Shown: positions 12,501 to 25,890 of the stretch, piece after piece
How positions within the stretch are numbered: position 1 is the stretch's first letter
Layout: each line of letters starts with the position of its first letter
From: Octopus sinensis
Taxonomy: Eukaryota
Direction of reading: 5' to 3'
Assembly: GCF_006345805.1 (NCBI RefSeq)
Contig: NC_043009.1
Location: 70,370,001-70,434,000, forward strand
DNA: 64,000 bases
Notes under the pieces: generated by a model
Databases searched by the model: none
The model's input: only the letters and a program-made list of their open reading frames with translations
What the model was told of the DNA's origin: nothing
Made by a program: the position numbers and the translations under genes

Positions 12501-13961
12501 TACAACTCCAGAGAAAAGAGGTCCTATAGAAGAGATTGATTTTTGTCGATATCCAATGATTTCCTGAGAACAATATTGCTTTTGTGTGTTAGTTAACGTA
12601 TATAACGAGTGGTAGTACTGTGAGCTGTTGACCACATTCTAGATGTCAGGATTCCAGTCTCAGTATTGTTTTGACCCTGTATTACAGTTCTGTCAGAGAC
12701 GAGTTCGGGAAAAAGCTATCATACAAACGGTGTTCACACACGTTCATTTGCAAGGTCAAGAAAAACCAGGTTATACTGTAATATCAGGGCATGTCTGTGT
12801 AACATTTGCCATGACATTTCTAGACCTCCATGTAACAAGTGTTGAGAACAGATGAACCACCGCAGAGCAGAAAACAGATGTGTAGATTTTCCAGTCCGGT
12901 CAGACAAAGTAGGACAAGTTAGAATGGTCAGGCGGTAACAGATAACGGAAGTGTTGTAGAACTACGTCACTTCAAAGATTGCTTCTTCTCTGCAGATTCT
13001 TTGTTAAATGTCCTCGTCGTTCCGTATCAGTTCTCACTCGTAAAAAGATTGGAACCAAACTACACACTAAATATTTTAACCGCAACCTCCGTCAACCGAA
13101 ACACGCCAGATGGATGGCTTAGATATGCCTTATGCATGCTTATCAATTGGACCATCGATTATTCCTAATTTTGTTTTGCTCCTATCACTCCCTTCTACTG
13201 CCTTAGAGCGGTGCCGATCAACTGCATGTGGGAATTCGTCTGCATATGCAGACACATAGTTTTGGCATGTTAGTTTGAACGAAACCAGTAGCTGCAACGA
13301 CAGCAGGCAACTATTAGTGGTCGATTCCATAAAACAGTTTTGTTTGTTTTGAATTAGACAAACCTCCAACCATAAAAAGGTTCCTTACGTACATAAATAT
13401 CAAGATTAGCAGCTGTACTATATAATGAACATTAATTTATTTTGTATTACGTACGCTGATGTCTCTAAGCAGCAATCACATCCGTTAGGACTTGTTGTTA
13501 ATATTGTTCGTGTTTAGAAATGAATTATGTTTTTGAGAAACACAGAAAATAGACCACCAAAACTTTTTGCTTGGCAAAAGTTTTCTAAATATATTTTCAG
13601 AAAATATACATGTTTTTGAGTATAAAATACAAACAAAGAAGAGGTCGTAGACACTACTTCCTAAAATCCTGCGAAACATCATTTATTCTGAAATTATAGT
13701 TTGAAAATACATTTAACTATTTCATTTCCCCTGCTTTGACACAGACGCTTTGCTCTGCGCGAAGATTTTGGGCTGTTTACCAAATACGTTGGGAAATTGT
13801 CTTGAATTATCTCCCCTATCTATCACTGTCAGTTATTTTCACTTGGCAGGCAAAGAATTATATTCTTAAACGATTCTTAATGTAAAATATATTGAATTTG
13901 TTTGTATGATTCTTAACTGTTTTTCGTCTCTTTTTTTTCTCGTCTTTTTATTTTTTTGAAG

Positions 13962-14104
13962 ACTTCAAAACTGACACCGGAAGATATATTTCATGGAAAG
14001 AAGAAGAAACTGAAAATGTCTTTGTTCAAATGGATAGAATAACTTATCATTATTTCAAAGTATTTTTTCCACGACCAATACACTACGAGGCATTTCCCTG
14101 TGCT
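13962..14104 (+). CDS. candidate internal exon of an unidentified host gene
   Basis: Long polypyrimidine tract + AG at 13960-61 and GTAAGT donor at 14105; only one frame is open: (D)FKTDTGRYISWKEEETENVFVQMDRITYHYFKVFFPRPIHYEAFPCA; phase 1 in, phase 0 out. Confidence 0.6.
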
Positions 14105-14956
14105 GTAAGTCGGTAGGAACGAAAGATATCTTACTGCTAGCATTGACAGCTCGATGATATGTTTTGCTATGTTACGATACCGACTTTTTCACTCTCTTTA
14201 GCTTATTCGATAACAAAAATGTTGTTGATGCTGTTCTTGTTCAGCCTTAAGTCAACGTTCATCGGGCTCCAATATGTTTTTTTTTATTTAACGTTTATCA
14301 TCCGTTTCGCCCCCTTTTTACATCAGTTGCTTGGGACTCTATTATCAATGACACTTCATTACACATTGAAATAGATTCAACTGTTATTTTTAAATGTCTA
14401 GAAGTCAGGTAGATGATCCCATGCGTCTTAAAACTGCTTTTATGTGAATGAGGTGCGGCTTCGTTTTCTCGTACAAATACGTGGAATAAAACTGCAACAG
14501 AAATAAAACAGACTGAAGCAGATTAAGAAATAAAATCAAATTGCGTAATCTATGTTTTCCCTATATTATCTTGGACTTTGTGCGGTTCGTTTTGCAAGAA
14601 GCCAGAGTAGTTATTGCTTGAGATCATTAAATGTGTGACCATTCTCTATTTTGTCGATAATGAAAGATTACTATTATATAATTATTCTCATTTTATCGCA
14701 ATACGGTGCTTGTTTCTATCTCAGTTTGTGCGACAACATAAGCGAGATATTCAAAGGAATGTTATGTGGCATCTAAAGCAATCCCTCCATATCGTGCGTC
14801 CTTACTATACACCCAGGTACATCGACTTACCACCCGGATATAGGAAAGCCTGGTTCTCTGATGGCTACTCTAGACTATTTCAAATGACATCGTTCTACAG
14901 ATGTTGCTTGCTTCCATGGAGCCCAAGTAACGTGCATTCATACATTTTCATTACAG

Positions 14957-15016
14957 GACCATGTTGTGAGGAGGATCAGAATAAATTGGGACGGTGCACC
15001 TTACTCTGGTCTAGAG
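14957..15016 (+). CDS. candidate 60-nt internal exon, phase-compatible with the previous one
   Basis: CATTTTCATTACAG acceptor, AG|GTAATT donor; phase-0 reading DHVVRRIRINWDGAPYSGLE. Confidence 0.55.
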
Positions 15017-18000
15017 GTAATTAAACAATCAGCCAGCCAGCCATCGACCTCTTACCCATAACATTACGAGGGTGACTAATATTGGAAAAGCTTACTTCTA
15101 CTTTACTACAAATCTCGTGTAATTCTTAATGGAATTTTTTCTTTAGAATATGTTTTCATTGAAGTTCCCATCCAAATTAATACAAATTCCTATTCAGAAG
15201 TTGTTGTAATCGATAAGGTTGTCTGTGGTCTGTCATTGCTGATGGTGTTACTTCTCCTATTGTTACTGCTGATGTGAAACTTCTTGTTGTGGCCGTTATT
15301 GTTGGTTTGTGTGGCTTTGCTGTTGTAGTTGTACTTCTTGCGAAGTCGTTGTTGCATTTGTGCGCTTTTGCCATTGTTGTAGTTCCTGTTATTGGTGTGT
15401 TGGCTTGTGTGTTTTGTAATCTTTAGTTGGTGTTCATTTCGGCTCTGCCAAGGCATTTTGCTTTGGCGAGTCAAATAACTGGTTCGCCTGGCCTCACTTT
15501 TTTTCTTCTTCATCAATCACTCCAATCCGCTGGCCCTTTGCATTATTGAAGACGACGATATGAGGGTAATCTTTCCGCTAACCTACAAGCTGTCACCGAC
15601 AATGTTCTTGAAGCGGTGCTTTCTGAAACGCAAGACTGTTGTTGCATTCTCTTCCTTCATCGGCTCTTTCATTTCTCTCACGCATTCACACTTTAACTAG
15701 TTTGCTTTCTGCATCCAACACAAGATATCATTCTGGGATAATTCCATCTCTCCCCTGAACTTGCATAGCAGTCCAGATCCTACCCGAAGACATATAATTT
15801 TATGGTACAATTCGATTGAGCACCCACCTGTTGTCTGCTGAAATGAAATGTTATGATGCACCAACGTGCATCTTTACTACGAATGCCATAATTTTCTTTC
15901 TATTTCGTCTCTACATATATCGCAGTACCAGCCTGTAGCTTTTAGGTGGATGTTCATACTCTGCTTTACTCTACACCTTCAACTTCGACTTAAAGACCAA
16001 GCAGTTGCTCCAATGATGCTAAAGGAAACATAAATTTTACAAACCCTTTCGCAAAGCTGTTTTTCCTTCGGGAGCATAATAAAGGAGCCCTTATATGTTG
16101 ATAACACTGTGCTATGTTAATCTCCCCTTACTCATTCCTTAATGCATTCCTCTGCGAAAGAAGGTTCTGTCTGTTGCCGTAATATTCCTCGCCCCGATCA
16201 ATAATGATTATCTTAACTTGCTTAGTCATATTCTATGACAAATACTGTTATTACTTGAGCGTGTTTTTATTTGTTATTTTGGACGTTCGCTCTATTCTTT
16301 GGCTGTGTATTCCTAAGCATTTGTAAATAACCGTTTTGTGATAAGTTCCTTGCCGGATGGATTTTGTTTTATAAAGTTATGTTTACATCAAAGACATTGT
16401 AAGGACGTGTTCTGTATTTTTTGAATCCTAAGAGTATAAATTAAAGGCTTCTTTCTCCCAGGCAACAGTGGAGAAGCCACCAACGTTAGATGTGTTCGTC
16501 GTAGTGGCTTCTTCTGCTGGTGGCGTTGGTGATCGAGGTGGGAAATTCCTGAACCAAGAATGTTTTTCCCATTTTTCTTTCTCCTTTTTGGTGTTCCTGT
16601 TTTTTTTATTATTTCACCATTTTTGTTGTTCTAACTTGTTACTGTCATATTTTCGTTTGACACTCCTATAGAGGTGCTGGTGCTAGAGGTGAGGCACCTT
16701 TCACTTAGCTCTTCTAACATCTGATCTAACCTATCTTTTCCGTCTAAAATTTTCACACCTTGGAATGTGTTAGGGAAATGACAAGTTCTTCAAAATTAAC
16801 CACTAGTTCCGCCAAGAATGGCGAAAACAGAGTTGAGAAACTTCCAAGTATCTTTGTAACTTTGAGAAACACAAAGCAAAAATTTGAACGTATGTCTTTC
16901 AAAGGCAGTGAAAATGTAAGTAAACTTACAGGAGACACAAAGCGACGTGATGTGGCCAGCGCAACGCTGACGACGACGCTACTGCAATAACCGTGGAACA
17001 ACAGCAATAATGATATTGAGCGTTAATATAAGCAACTGATGATGATGCAGATAAATGACGTAAATATATTGGCATTAATCTTTAAAGTTTTGTAACAGGC
17101 CTGTGTTTTATGAGAAGATACTGGAGTCAATATGGATAAAAGAAAAAAAAAATCGACAGAAAACGGATCCATTGTAGAACAGAAAAGAACAAAAAGAATA
17201 CTTCCTGATAACGAATAGACAAGCGCTATTAGATGTTGAATCTAAATTGAAATACCCATACATGCATTCTTATATACATATATATATATACACACACACA
17301 TACACATATAAATATATGTATGTGTGTGTGTATGTAAATTATATATATATATATACATATAAATGGATACATATATGTGTGTGTGTTCTTATGTAGGTAT
17401 ATCTATACGAATGTTTTTTTTTTGTTATGAAATAGCAAAGCCATTGCAACAACATAAAATAAAATATGAACACGAAGTACAGGAAATTATAGAAAATCTT
17501 ATTCAACTTGTTAAAGCAGAAACTCGGAGAATAAAGCGTTTGGAGAGAAGAACAAAATAACTCGAACAATATAGAATATTTCGCGGATAAATGGAAAAGA
17601 AACAATCAAAAAACATCACAGGGATTCAAACAAGAAAAATTTAAATGTAGAATCCCTTCCAAATAAATAATAGAAAAAAAAATCTATAAAATATTTAGAG
17701 AATATCTGAAAAGAAAAAGAGCAAAACGCGATGAAGCACAAAGTGTGCCACATAATACAAAAGAAAACAAAAGCGACACAAAAAAGTGACAAACAAAAAA
17801 AAGAGACACAAAAGAAAAAAAAAATTCCCATCGGATGAAAAGACGCACGCCAGGGGAAGAAATGAATATTGGAACTCATTTGGTATCGATAAAATTCAGA
17901 ATTTCTGGATTGAATACTTACAAAGCTTTCACAAATACATTGTCAGAAGCTTTATTATAATCAATAATAACCAATCCCAATAATCTTCGTGACGGAAGCC

Positions 18001-19397
18001 ATTATGTTGTCGATCGATCTGCTTGAAATAACAGCCAAAATTACCTCACTTTGTCTAACATCTTAGAAAGGAAGGGCAAATAGTACAGTGTGTATAAAAC
18101 TCTTAAAAAAGCCGCGATGTGAATGTTCCTTTCTTTAATACAGTTAATTACAAAAGAGTCTACAAGAAAAATGTCTCCAGTTCCCAACTAGTATCGTACT
18201 TCTCAATTCAAAAAGGTTGAAATCTGAAGAACACCTCTGTGAGATTTAAACACACTGTGCAGAGATACGGAACAAGAATCTATCACGAAAAATTCTGTCC
18301 AACATCAACTTGTACTCTTAATTGTATAACGCCTAGGAATATTATTAATTCATTTTAACAGTTTAATAAGAGGCAGCCTGGATTTTAACAACAGTATGTA
18401 AGAAATATTATAATCCAGGGAAGTTGTCCATTTGTGATCAGTTCAAGAGCTCGAAATAACAATTAGAATAGTGAGGTTGATTTGCAACAAAAGTGGCAAC
18501 CATTATGTTAATGGTGCACTTCTGAACTAAACCCAGAATAGAAAATGCTAGGGAAGTAATATACGAAATAATTGATTGGAACGCTGAAAATAAGGTCTTC
18601 TCTGAGAGTAATGATGACAGACCTGCATTTTAAAATTACTAAACTTGAGAAATTTATCTAAAATTATATCTTTAATGCGGAAACAAATTGTGTTTTTGGC
18701 CTGCTCTGCTCTCAATTTCTCCAACATATTCCTCAAACCTGGTTGTTAGTGCTCCTCGTTGCCCACATTCTTGCAATTTCGCCTGTTAGTGGTTTGCAGT
18801 TCTTCATATGTTAATTTACTACTCCGAATCAATTCAAGAGCTTTGAGAATTGTCGCTCGAAAATAATATATTTACAGCAATTCAAGATCACCCCTCCACC
18901 TCATCACTCTTCTGTTTGTTCAATGAAAATGTTCCTACGTTGCGTTTTTGATAAAGCACATGACACTATTTAGTTCTTAACACATTTTCTTTGAATTAAA
19001 CCCATCAATTCTTTGCTTGTTACGATTATGAAAGAGTCGAATTGCCTTGTGTCATTTGTGGCATCCCTTCACTCTCTGAGTTGAGATCCTGTCCTGATCA
19101 GCAGTGAAGTACTGAGGTCGATATAATCGATTATTAATTCAAAACTTCTCACTTTGTGGTTAAGCAATCAGAGAGAAGAGTTAGAGGTTTCTGTAGTTAG
19201 AATAAGGAGAATATTTAGATTATCGCAAAATAATGACATGCTGTATATCTTCTTCCGTTTCTGTATATTCTCAGTTGAAATCCCACTGACGTCGGCGTAG
19301 CTCTAATTCTTTCGAGTTCGATCAAATAAAGTAGCAGTCTGTGTTCCATGAAATCGACTACATTCCTCGGCCTAAAATTGCTGGCATTTCGATAAAA

Positions 19398-19447
19398 TTA
19401 TCATTATTATTATTATTATTATTACTATTATTATTATCATTTTTTAA

Positions 19448-19518
<71 letters not shown>

Positions 19519-19521
19519 TAC

Positions 19522-19588
<67 letters not shown>
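19398..19588. repeat. (TTA)n microsatellite
   Basis: Directly visible. Confidence 0.97.
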
Positions 19589-20146
19589 GAGTGAGAGAGC
19601 AGTTCATGCCATCAAAGTAACACTGGGGTAAAATATACGAAGCCCAATATACCCATCATGACTACCCGTCTGATAAGGGTACACCAGGCACATGCATCAC
19701 AACCATATGTGCGCGATATCGTGATCTCATATCAAGATAAGCAGCACATGACCTTGCAGGTGGGGCCCAGTTAGAATTTTCTTCAGGTTGAGTAGCCCAT
19801 CCCGCTCAAAAGGTCCCTGAATAAGGGTTGTTTAAGGATGTTGAAAGAACCACCCATGTTTCCAGAGGTGAATTATTCAAACCCCAAAGAATCCCTCTCA
19901 ACACATGGCTATGATGCTCCCCCACTACTTCTGCTCGTGATCAGAGATGCACATATCATCAGCCACCAAGGGACATGCTCAACTGGTTAAGGTCAAACAA
20001 CTGACAAGCAAATCTGTGGTATTGAGCAGAATATTTGCTGTAGCCCATCTTTTATACCAAGACAAAACAATGTACATGATAACACTTCCAATCAGTTAAG
20101 ATCAGAAGCCATGAGAGCCACTGCCTGGTACTGCATCAGGGCATTT
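19589..20146. mobile_element. about 558-bp non-coding interspersed element bounded by (TTA)n on both sides
   Basis: Complex, higher-GC sequence with sharp borders inside one TTA array; no long ORF. Confidence 0.65.
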
Positions 20147-20177
20147 ATTATTATTATTATTATCATTTTTTAAATTA

Positions 20178-20243
<66 letters not shown>

Positions 20244-20330
20244 TATTATCATTATTATTATTATTATTATATTATTATTATTATTATTATTATTTATTAT
20301 TATTATTATTATTATCATCATCATTATTAC
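20146..20330. repeat. (TTA)n microsatellite
   Basis: Directly visible. Confidence 0.97.
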
Positions 20331-22253
20331 TTTTTTTTTCTTCTTTCAAATTTTCTTCCATTTCTTGCCGAGTGTCTTCCTGACTCCTAGGGCAAAGAAA
20401 CTCATAGTGTATATTGGTAGGCCATTAAACCAAACTCAGTAGTTCGTTAATTTTTATTTTTTAATTTTTTTTAAGTTAAATTAAAATGCATGAGCAGCAA
20501 CAGTTCTCACATCGACAATGCTCTTCTCAATACGTGTGATGTACCAGTTAAGACAATCTTTTGCACTTCTTGCAGGGATGGTAAGCCAGGGATCATTCTC
20601 ATATAATTTTCGGTTCCCTTCTTGATAATTCCTAGTGCTCCTACGATCACTGGTATTGTAACCGCCTTGAGATGCCACATTTTCTCAATTTCAATGAGTA
20701 GGTCTTTATATTTTCTGAGCTTGTCAAACTCTTTCGCTGAGATATTATGATCACAGGGGATGCTCATGTCGATCAATAAGCAAACTTTATTGTTTTGGTC
20801 TTTCACAACAATATCTGGTTTATTGGCCTTGATGGTTCGGTCTGTATGTACTGGAAAGTCCCACAGAATGGTTACATTTTCTCCTTCAGTTACAGCCTCA
20901 GGGTGGTGACTATACCACTTGTCGGCAGTTTTGATATTGTAATGCCGACTTATTAGCCAGTGGAGATATTGGCCAACTCTGTCATGTCTTAATTTATACT
21001 CCACTGGTGCTAAGACTTTACATCCAGAGATTAGGTGGTCCACTGTTTCAATCATGTCGTTGCAGAATCGGCATTTTGGGTCTGCTCCATTTTTCATCAC
21101 ATTGGCCTGGTAGTTCCGGGTTAATAGGCTTTGGTCTTGAGCAGCCAGGATGAAACCTTCGCTCTCTGCTTTTAGCCCTGAGCTCCGCAGCCACTGATGG
21201 GTTTGCTTCTGGTCAACATCAGCTTGTTTGCTGCGGGTCACATATTTGCCGTGCAGAGGTTTCTCCTCCCACCTATCAGCCAATTGCTCGTGCGCTTTTT
21301 TCATTGCCATCATTTTCACCTTCTTTGCAACAATAGTTGCCGTACTTCCCTCGGGTTGTTCAGTTTGGGTATCCTGCACGAGATCAATAGCAACTTTTTT
21401 GCTTTCCTTGATGATAGAATGAAGCTTCTTTCGTCTCTCGTGATTTTCCACGAGCTTTAGCATCCAGTCATTCGATATTTCGAGATATTTGGCCAGTCCA
21501 ATTGTGGTTGTTTTGTAAGCTAGTTCAAATTGGATCAGGCCTCGACCTCCTTGGGCTCTGGGAAGGTAAAGGCGATCTACGTCTGCCTTTGGGTGGTGCA
21601 TCCTATTACAACTCAGCAGCTTGCGTATTTTTCTATCTATATTCTTTACTTCACTCATATTCCAGTTCAACACATTGTAACTATAAGTAACAACTGGAAC
21701 TGCTAGGGAATTTATAGCTAACACCTTGTTACGTGCATTTAGTTCAGATTTCAGGACTGCACGAACTCTTCTATAACATTCCTTCCTGATTTTCTCTTTC
21801 ATGCTTGCATGCTGAATACCAGAGCCTTCATTTATCCCTAAATATTTGTATGTTTGTTCTTGCTCAAGCTCTCTTATGACTGTGTCAACATCTAACACGA
21901 CTGAATTGTGGTCTTCACTTTCCCTTTCTGGAAAGTGGCCTTGGCACACTTCTCAAGTCCAAACTCCATCCCGATGTCATCGCTGAATGATTTCACGGTG
22001 CGCAATAGGCCTTCAAGTTCATTATTGTCTTTACCATAAAGTTTTAAGTCATCCATATAAAATAGATGGCTTATTTTTTTATTGGCAATTTTATACCCAT
22101 ACCTTGTTCTGTTTAATTCACTTGTAAGGGGTATTAGGGCTATGCAGAATATTAAAGGTGAAAGTGAGTCACCTTGAAAAATTCCACAGTTGATGTTTAT
22201 ATTTTCTGAGGCAAGTACTCCATTAGAGTGGTATAATTGGAGATTCGTATTCC
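20331..22253 (-). mobile_element. 5'-truncated R4/Dong-clade non-LTR retrotransposon inserted in (TAA)n
   Basis: RT motifs GIFQGDSLSP (about 22156-22180) and FYMDDLKL (about 22040-22062), CCHC knuckle CRFC...HLISGC, RLE motif KPDIVV...LIDMSIP, 3' UTR with A-rich tail; TAA arrays on both flanks. Confidence 0.93.
20507..21949 (-). CDS. R4/Dong ORF C-terminal part (RT thumb, zinc knuckle, restriction-like endonuclease); continues upstream to 22253 across a frameshift near 21908
   Basis: 480-aa ORF with HHPKADVDRLYLPRAQGGRGL, AAQDQSLLTRNY, RHDRV, LWDFPVHTD, PDIVV, IPVIVGALG. Confidence 0.92.
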   Translation of the reverse strand: MCQGHFPERESEDHNSVVLDVDTVIRELEQEQTYKYLGINEGSGIQHASMKEKIRKECYRRVRAVLKSELNARNKVLAINSLAVPVVTYSYNVLNWNMSEVKNIDRKIRKLLSCNRMHHPKADVDRLYLPRAQGGRGLIQFELAYKTTTIGLAKYLEISNDWMLKLVENHERRKKLHSIIKESKKVAIDLVQDTQTEQPEGSTATIVAKKVKMMAMKKAHEQLADRWEEKPLHGKYVTRSKQADVDQKQTHQWLRSSGLKAESEGFILAAQDQSLLTRNYQANVMKNGADPKCRFCNDMIETVDHLISGCKVLAPVEYKLRHDRVGQYLHWLISRHYNIKTADKWYSHHPEAVTEGENVTILWDFPVHTDRTIKANKPDIVVKDQNNKVCLLIDMSIPCDHNISAKEFDKLRKYKDLLIEIEKMWHLKAVTIPVIVGALGIIKKGTENYMRMIPGLPSLQEVQKIVLTGTSHVLRRALSM

Positions 22254-22273
22254 TATTATTATTATTATTATTA

Positions 22274-22330
<57 letters not shown>
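22254..22330. repeat. (TTA)n microsatellite at the R4 5' junction
   Basis: Directly visible. Confidence 0.95.
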
Positions 22331-22332
<2 letters not shown>

Positions 22333-23053
22333 GCTGCTGCTTTTGCTATTGTTTTGCTATTGTTATAGTACATTGTCGGTGACAGCTTGTAGGGTAGCGG
22401 AAAGATTATCCTCATACCGTCGTCTTCAACAATGCAAAGGGCCCGCGGATTGGAGTGATTGATCAAGATAAACACGCTCTTTCAGGGCTACTGCGTTAGA
22501 AGTGAATTTTGTTGTCTACAGAAAATAATTAAAATTTTTATTGTGGTATTTTGTAAGGCAGTCAGATTGAAAATGTGCTAATTTTGCGAAAGTATGTCCC
22601 TTAAGGTTGCCTTTTGGGGCTTTTATATGTAAATTTAAGTACTTTAGTACAAACTAAAGACCATAGTTAAGTGACATTATGAATTATAGTGTCACTAATA
22701 CAACACGGCGTTTCGAAATACACAACAAACATATCTCACAAATCATTTCATAACACAAACAAGTAGCACACCAGCACATATACAAATACCCCCGAAAGAA
22801 TAAGGGATTTCAGAGAGTGTGTAACAAAGCAGTGCTTGTGGGAGCACCCGAAGCCAGACGAAGAGGCGTAATTCCACCACGGAAGGAATCCGGTAGCTCA
22901 CTTAGTTCTGTCTAGCACGGCCTGAGAAAATAGGCCACCTGTTCAACGGCATAAGTTCAGTAGACATACATGTGGTAGCCATTAGCTATACGAGAGTTTC
23001 CGATCCACAACCAAACATGGCCCTATCCACTGGGCCATTGCGCCTCCACATAA

Positions 23054-23193
<140 letters not shown>

Positions 23194-23258
23194 TGAGAGG
23201 GAATCCACTCATATATTATTAAATTAATATACAATTGTTCACCCTTATTTTGATTTTG

Positions 23259-24444
23259 ATATATATATAAACTGAGAATGTGTGTCTATATGTCTGTCTG
23301 TCTGTGTGTTTCCCTAAAACTTGAGAACTGCACAAACAATTTCATTCAAATTTTACACATGCCTTACTTAGGGTCCGAGGTGTGTCATCGGCAAAAAGCA
23401 TTTTAACTTTTTGCCTAGGGCGAGCCCACAGCAATATCAAATCTTCTCCACTACGATTCCCTAAAACGTGAGAACTACACAACCAATTTCATTCAAATTT
23501 TACACCTGCCTTACTTAGGGTCCATGTAGTTTCATGGAAAAAAATGTTCAACTTCTTGCCTAGAGCGAGCCCATAGATATATCATATCTTCTCCACTATT
23601 TCAGTACTACGTGTTAAAAGTGAAACAAAAAAATATTTCTCTATTGTATGTTAGATACTTTCACTTTAACAATAAAAATAATAATAACAATTGAATTATA
23701 TGTAGTAACTAATAGTTAAAATCAAACTAAAGTATAATATAATCGTAACATAACAAAAGTAAAAATAACAATTGGTATAAAATTGCACCAATGACTTGAA
23801 CTTGAATAAGTGGTTTCACATGAATGGGAATAAATCAAAAATAAAATTAGCATGCAGAAATGGAATAGTCCAGATGGATAATAAAAAATTAAATTAAAGA
23901 AAAGACTATTGTCTATAAAGTGTACAATGTCAAGAAAAGAGAAGATTTGAACACCTGGAGGAAAGCACCATCGAAAAGTGTCTTGGTGCGACTATGAAAG
24001 ATATCTAATCAGTGGCGGTAAATTCGCCACAATAGAAACAAGGTTCGAGTCAACTGAGCGTGCAAGAGAGTACTCGACTCGAACTTGCAAAGTGGAAATA
24101 TTTTATTTTTACCTTTCTATCTGGGATGTAGGATGTGCCGGATAAAGATTAAAAATGGTCCCCCCCCACCACAGAAGTTGAGGTAGGCTGGATTGTAGCC
24201 ACACTTCTATAGAAGAGGGAGGACAAGATACAATTGATCGAAATTGCAAGAGACGGGCTTACAATTCCAGTCTGTTATATATTTTGAGTATTGTTATCAC
24301 TAGCGATATCAAGATATAACTTTGTATTTTGTATTTTATGTGTAGATGTATTTATATAGATGTACATGTAATATGTACACATATATATACACATATATAC
24401 ATGCACAAGCACTATGACCCGGCAATGACGGGTCATAATGCTAG
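23259..24444 (+). mobile_element. non-autonomous Helitron-like element
   Basis: 5' ATATATATAAACTGAGAATG + (TGTC)n; 3' hairpin TATGACCCG-GCAATGA-CGGGTCATA then CTAG|T at 24441-24445; interior may be composite. Confidence 0.6.
23311..23605. repeat. about 147-bp tandem duplication inside the Helitron-like element
   Basis: TCCCTAAAAC.TGAGAACT.CACAA.CAATTTCATTCAAATTTTACAC at 23311 and 23458. Confidence 0.85.
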
Positions 24445-24459
24445 TATATATATATATAT

Positions 24460-24834
24460 ACAAGCAATATCGCCCGGCGTTGCTCAGGTTTGCTTCGACC
24501 CTTTAGAATTGGAATTTTTGAAAAGTAAAAGGTTTGCATTATGTAGCTTGTTATTCTCTTTAAGTGAACATTTTTTTGGTTGAAATACACCGAAAAGTGG
24601 CGACACAGCAGTCAAAAAATCGTAAAATATAGATATTTTCACAGAAAAAGCACTTTTTTGATGTAAATAAGTTTTGGCCTTAACCTGGTCTGATTTGAAT
24701 TTTTTTTTCTACGGAATGAAGAGCAAGCCTTCTTCTATCATACTCTCAATTTTGGTCAACTTGCACCGCAGGGTCTCGGAGGAGATAGTGTTAGTTGAAG
24801 GCTACCAAACCTGCCACACACAGACAGCTTCAGT

Positions 24835-24840
<6 letters not shown>
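24460..24840 (-). mobile_element. non-autonomous Helitron-like element (second family)
   Basis: Minus-strand 3' end CCTGAGCAACGCCGGG hairpin + CTTG|T; 5' end TATATAACTGAAGCTGTCTGTGTGT. Confidence 0.7.
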
Positions 24841-24931
<91 letters not shown>

Positions 24932-24939
24932 TATATATT

Positions 24940-24973
<34 letters not shown>

Positions 24974-25890
24974 TGTATGTATGCTTGTATATAAAGTTAT
25001 GTTTTCACATGAATATTACCAAATAATTTACCTGTTTGTCATCGTGAGGTGGGAACTGATTACTTGTATGATATTTGAATGGCGATAAGCAGGAGATGTT
25101 GCAGCACATTTGATTTCGTTTTGCGATTTAATTGTTGAAGGAGAAACATATTAATAAACCCTCATTACAGTCAGATTTCATGAAAATATATTAATACTAG
25201 AATTATAAAGATTCTCTATACATCCTCGTCTCAAAACGTGTTCTTTGGCTATAGTTACAGAAAAAAAAAATTCTGAATCTATACATGTCTTCCTCCACCA
25301 ACAGGTTTTTGTTGATATTATTGTTAATTCCAGAAAGAAACATCTGTTGTTGCTATTGTTTGTGTTGTTGTTGCAACTGCTTTTTCTTTATATAATCATC
25401 ATCATTCTTTATTAATGATTTTATCTGGTACATATAATGCCATATGCATAAATGTATGATATGCAAGAGGAATGCTATATTTTGTAGCAGATTTATGTAA
25501 CGTTACTTAAATCTTCTGTGTGTTTATATTTGCTTTAAAGAAATCATTCCATTTAGAATGGCAACGCATCATACGTATAGATTTTCTCCGTATTTTCCTT
25601 AATCTTTCCTTTTAAATGTTTTTAGTATCTAATGATGTATTGATAAAGACAATTTCTTAACAAACTCTATCATTTTATATACAGGTATAGCCTTGAGCAA
25701 AGTGACTTACTCGTTATTTGTGACAGCAGAGTTTTGTAGGCATTTATTTGCATTCACGATTTGTATATTACACATTTTGTTATAGGAAAGCCCGGATCAT
25801 TCACAGATATAACGCAGGCCATAGGTTTTATACCAGCAACACCAAGTTGATATCGGTTTCTTTCAAACCTGAAGCAAATATACATACATA

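Noticed and set aside
15177-17030. Thr/Asn-rich ORFs and possible splice sites (16461 acceptor, 16917 donor)
   Set aside because: Largely decayed (AAC)n-type low-complexity sequence; no coherent exon chain or recognisable domain
19341-19631. Poly-Leu, poly-Ile and poly-Tyr ORFs (also 22190-22475, 30694-30980)
   Set aside because: Translations of (TTA)n and (TAC)n
19589-20146. CTGATGA on the minus strand of the 558-bp element
   Set aside because: No appropriately placed GAAA or cleavage triplet
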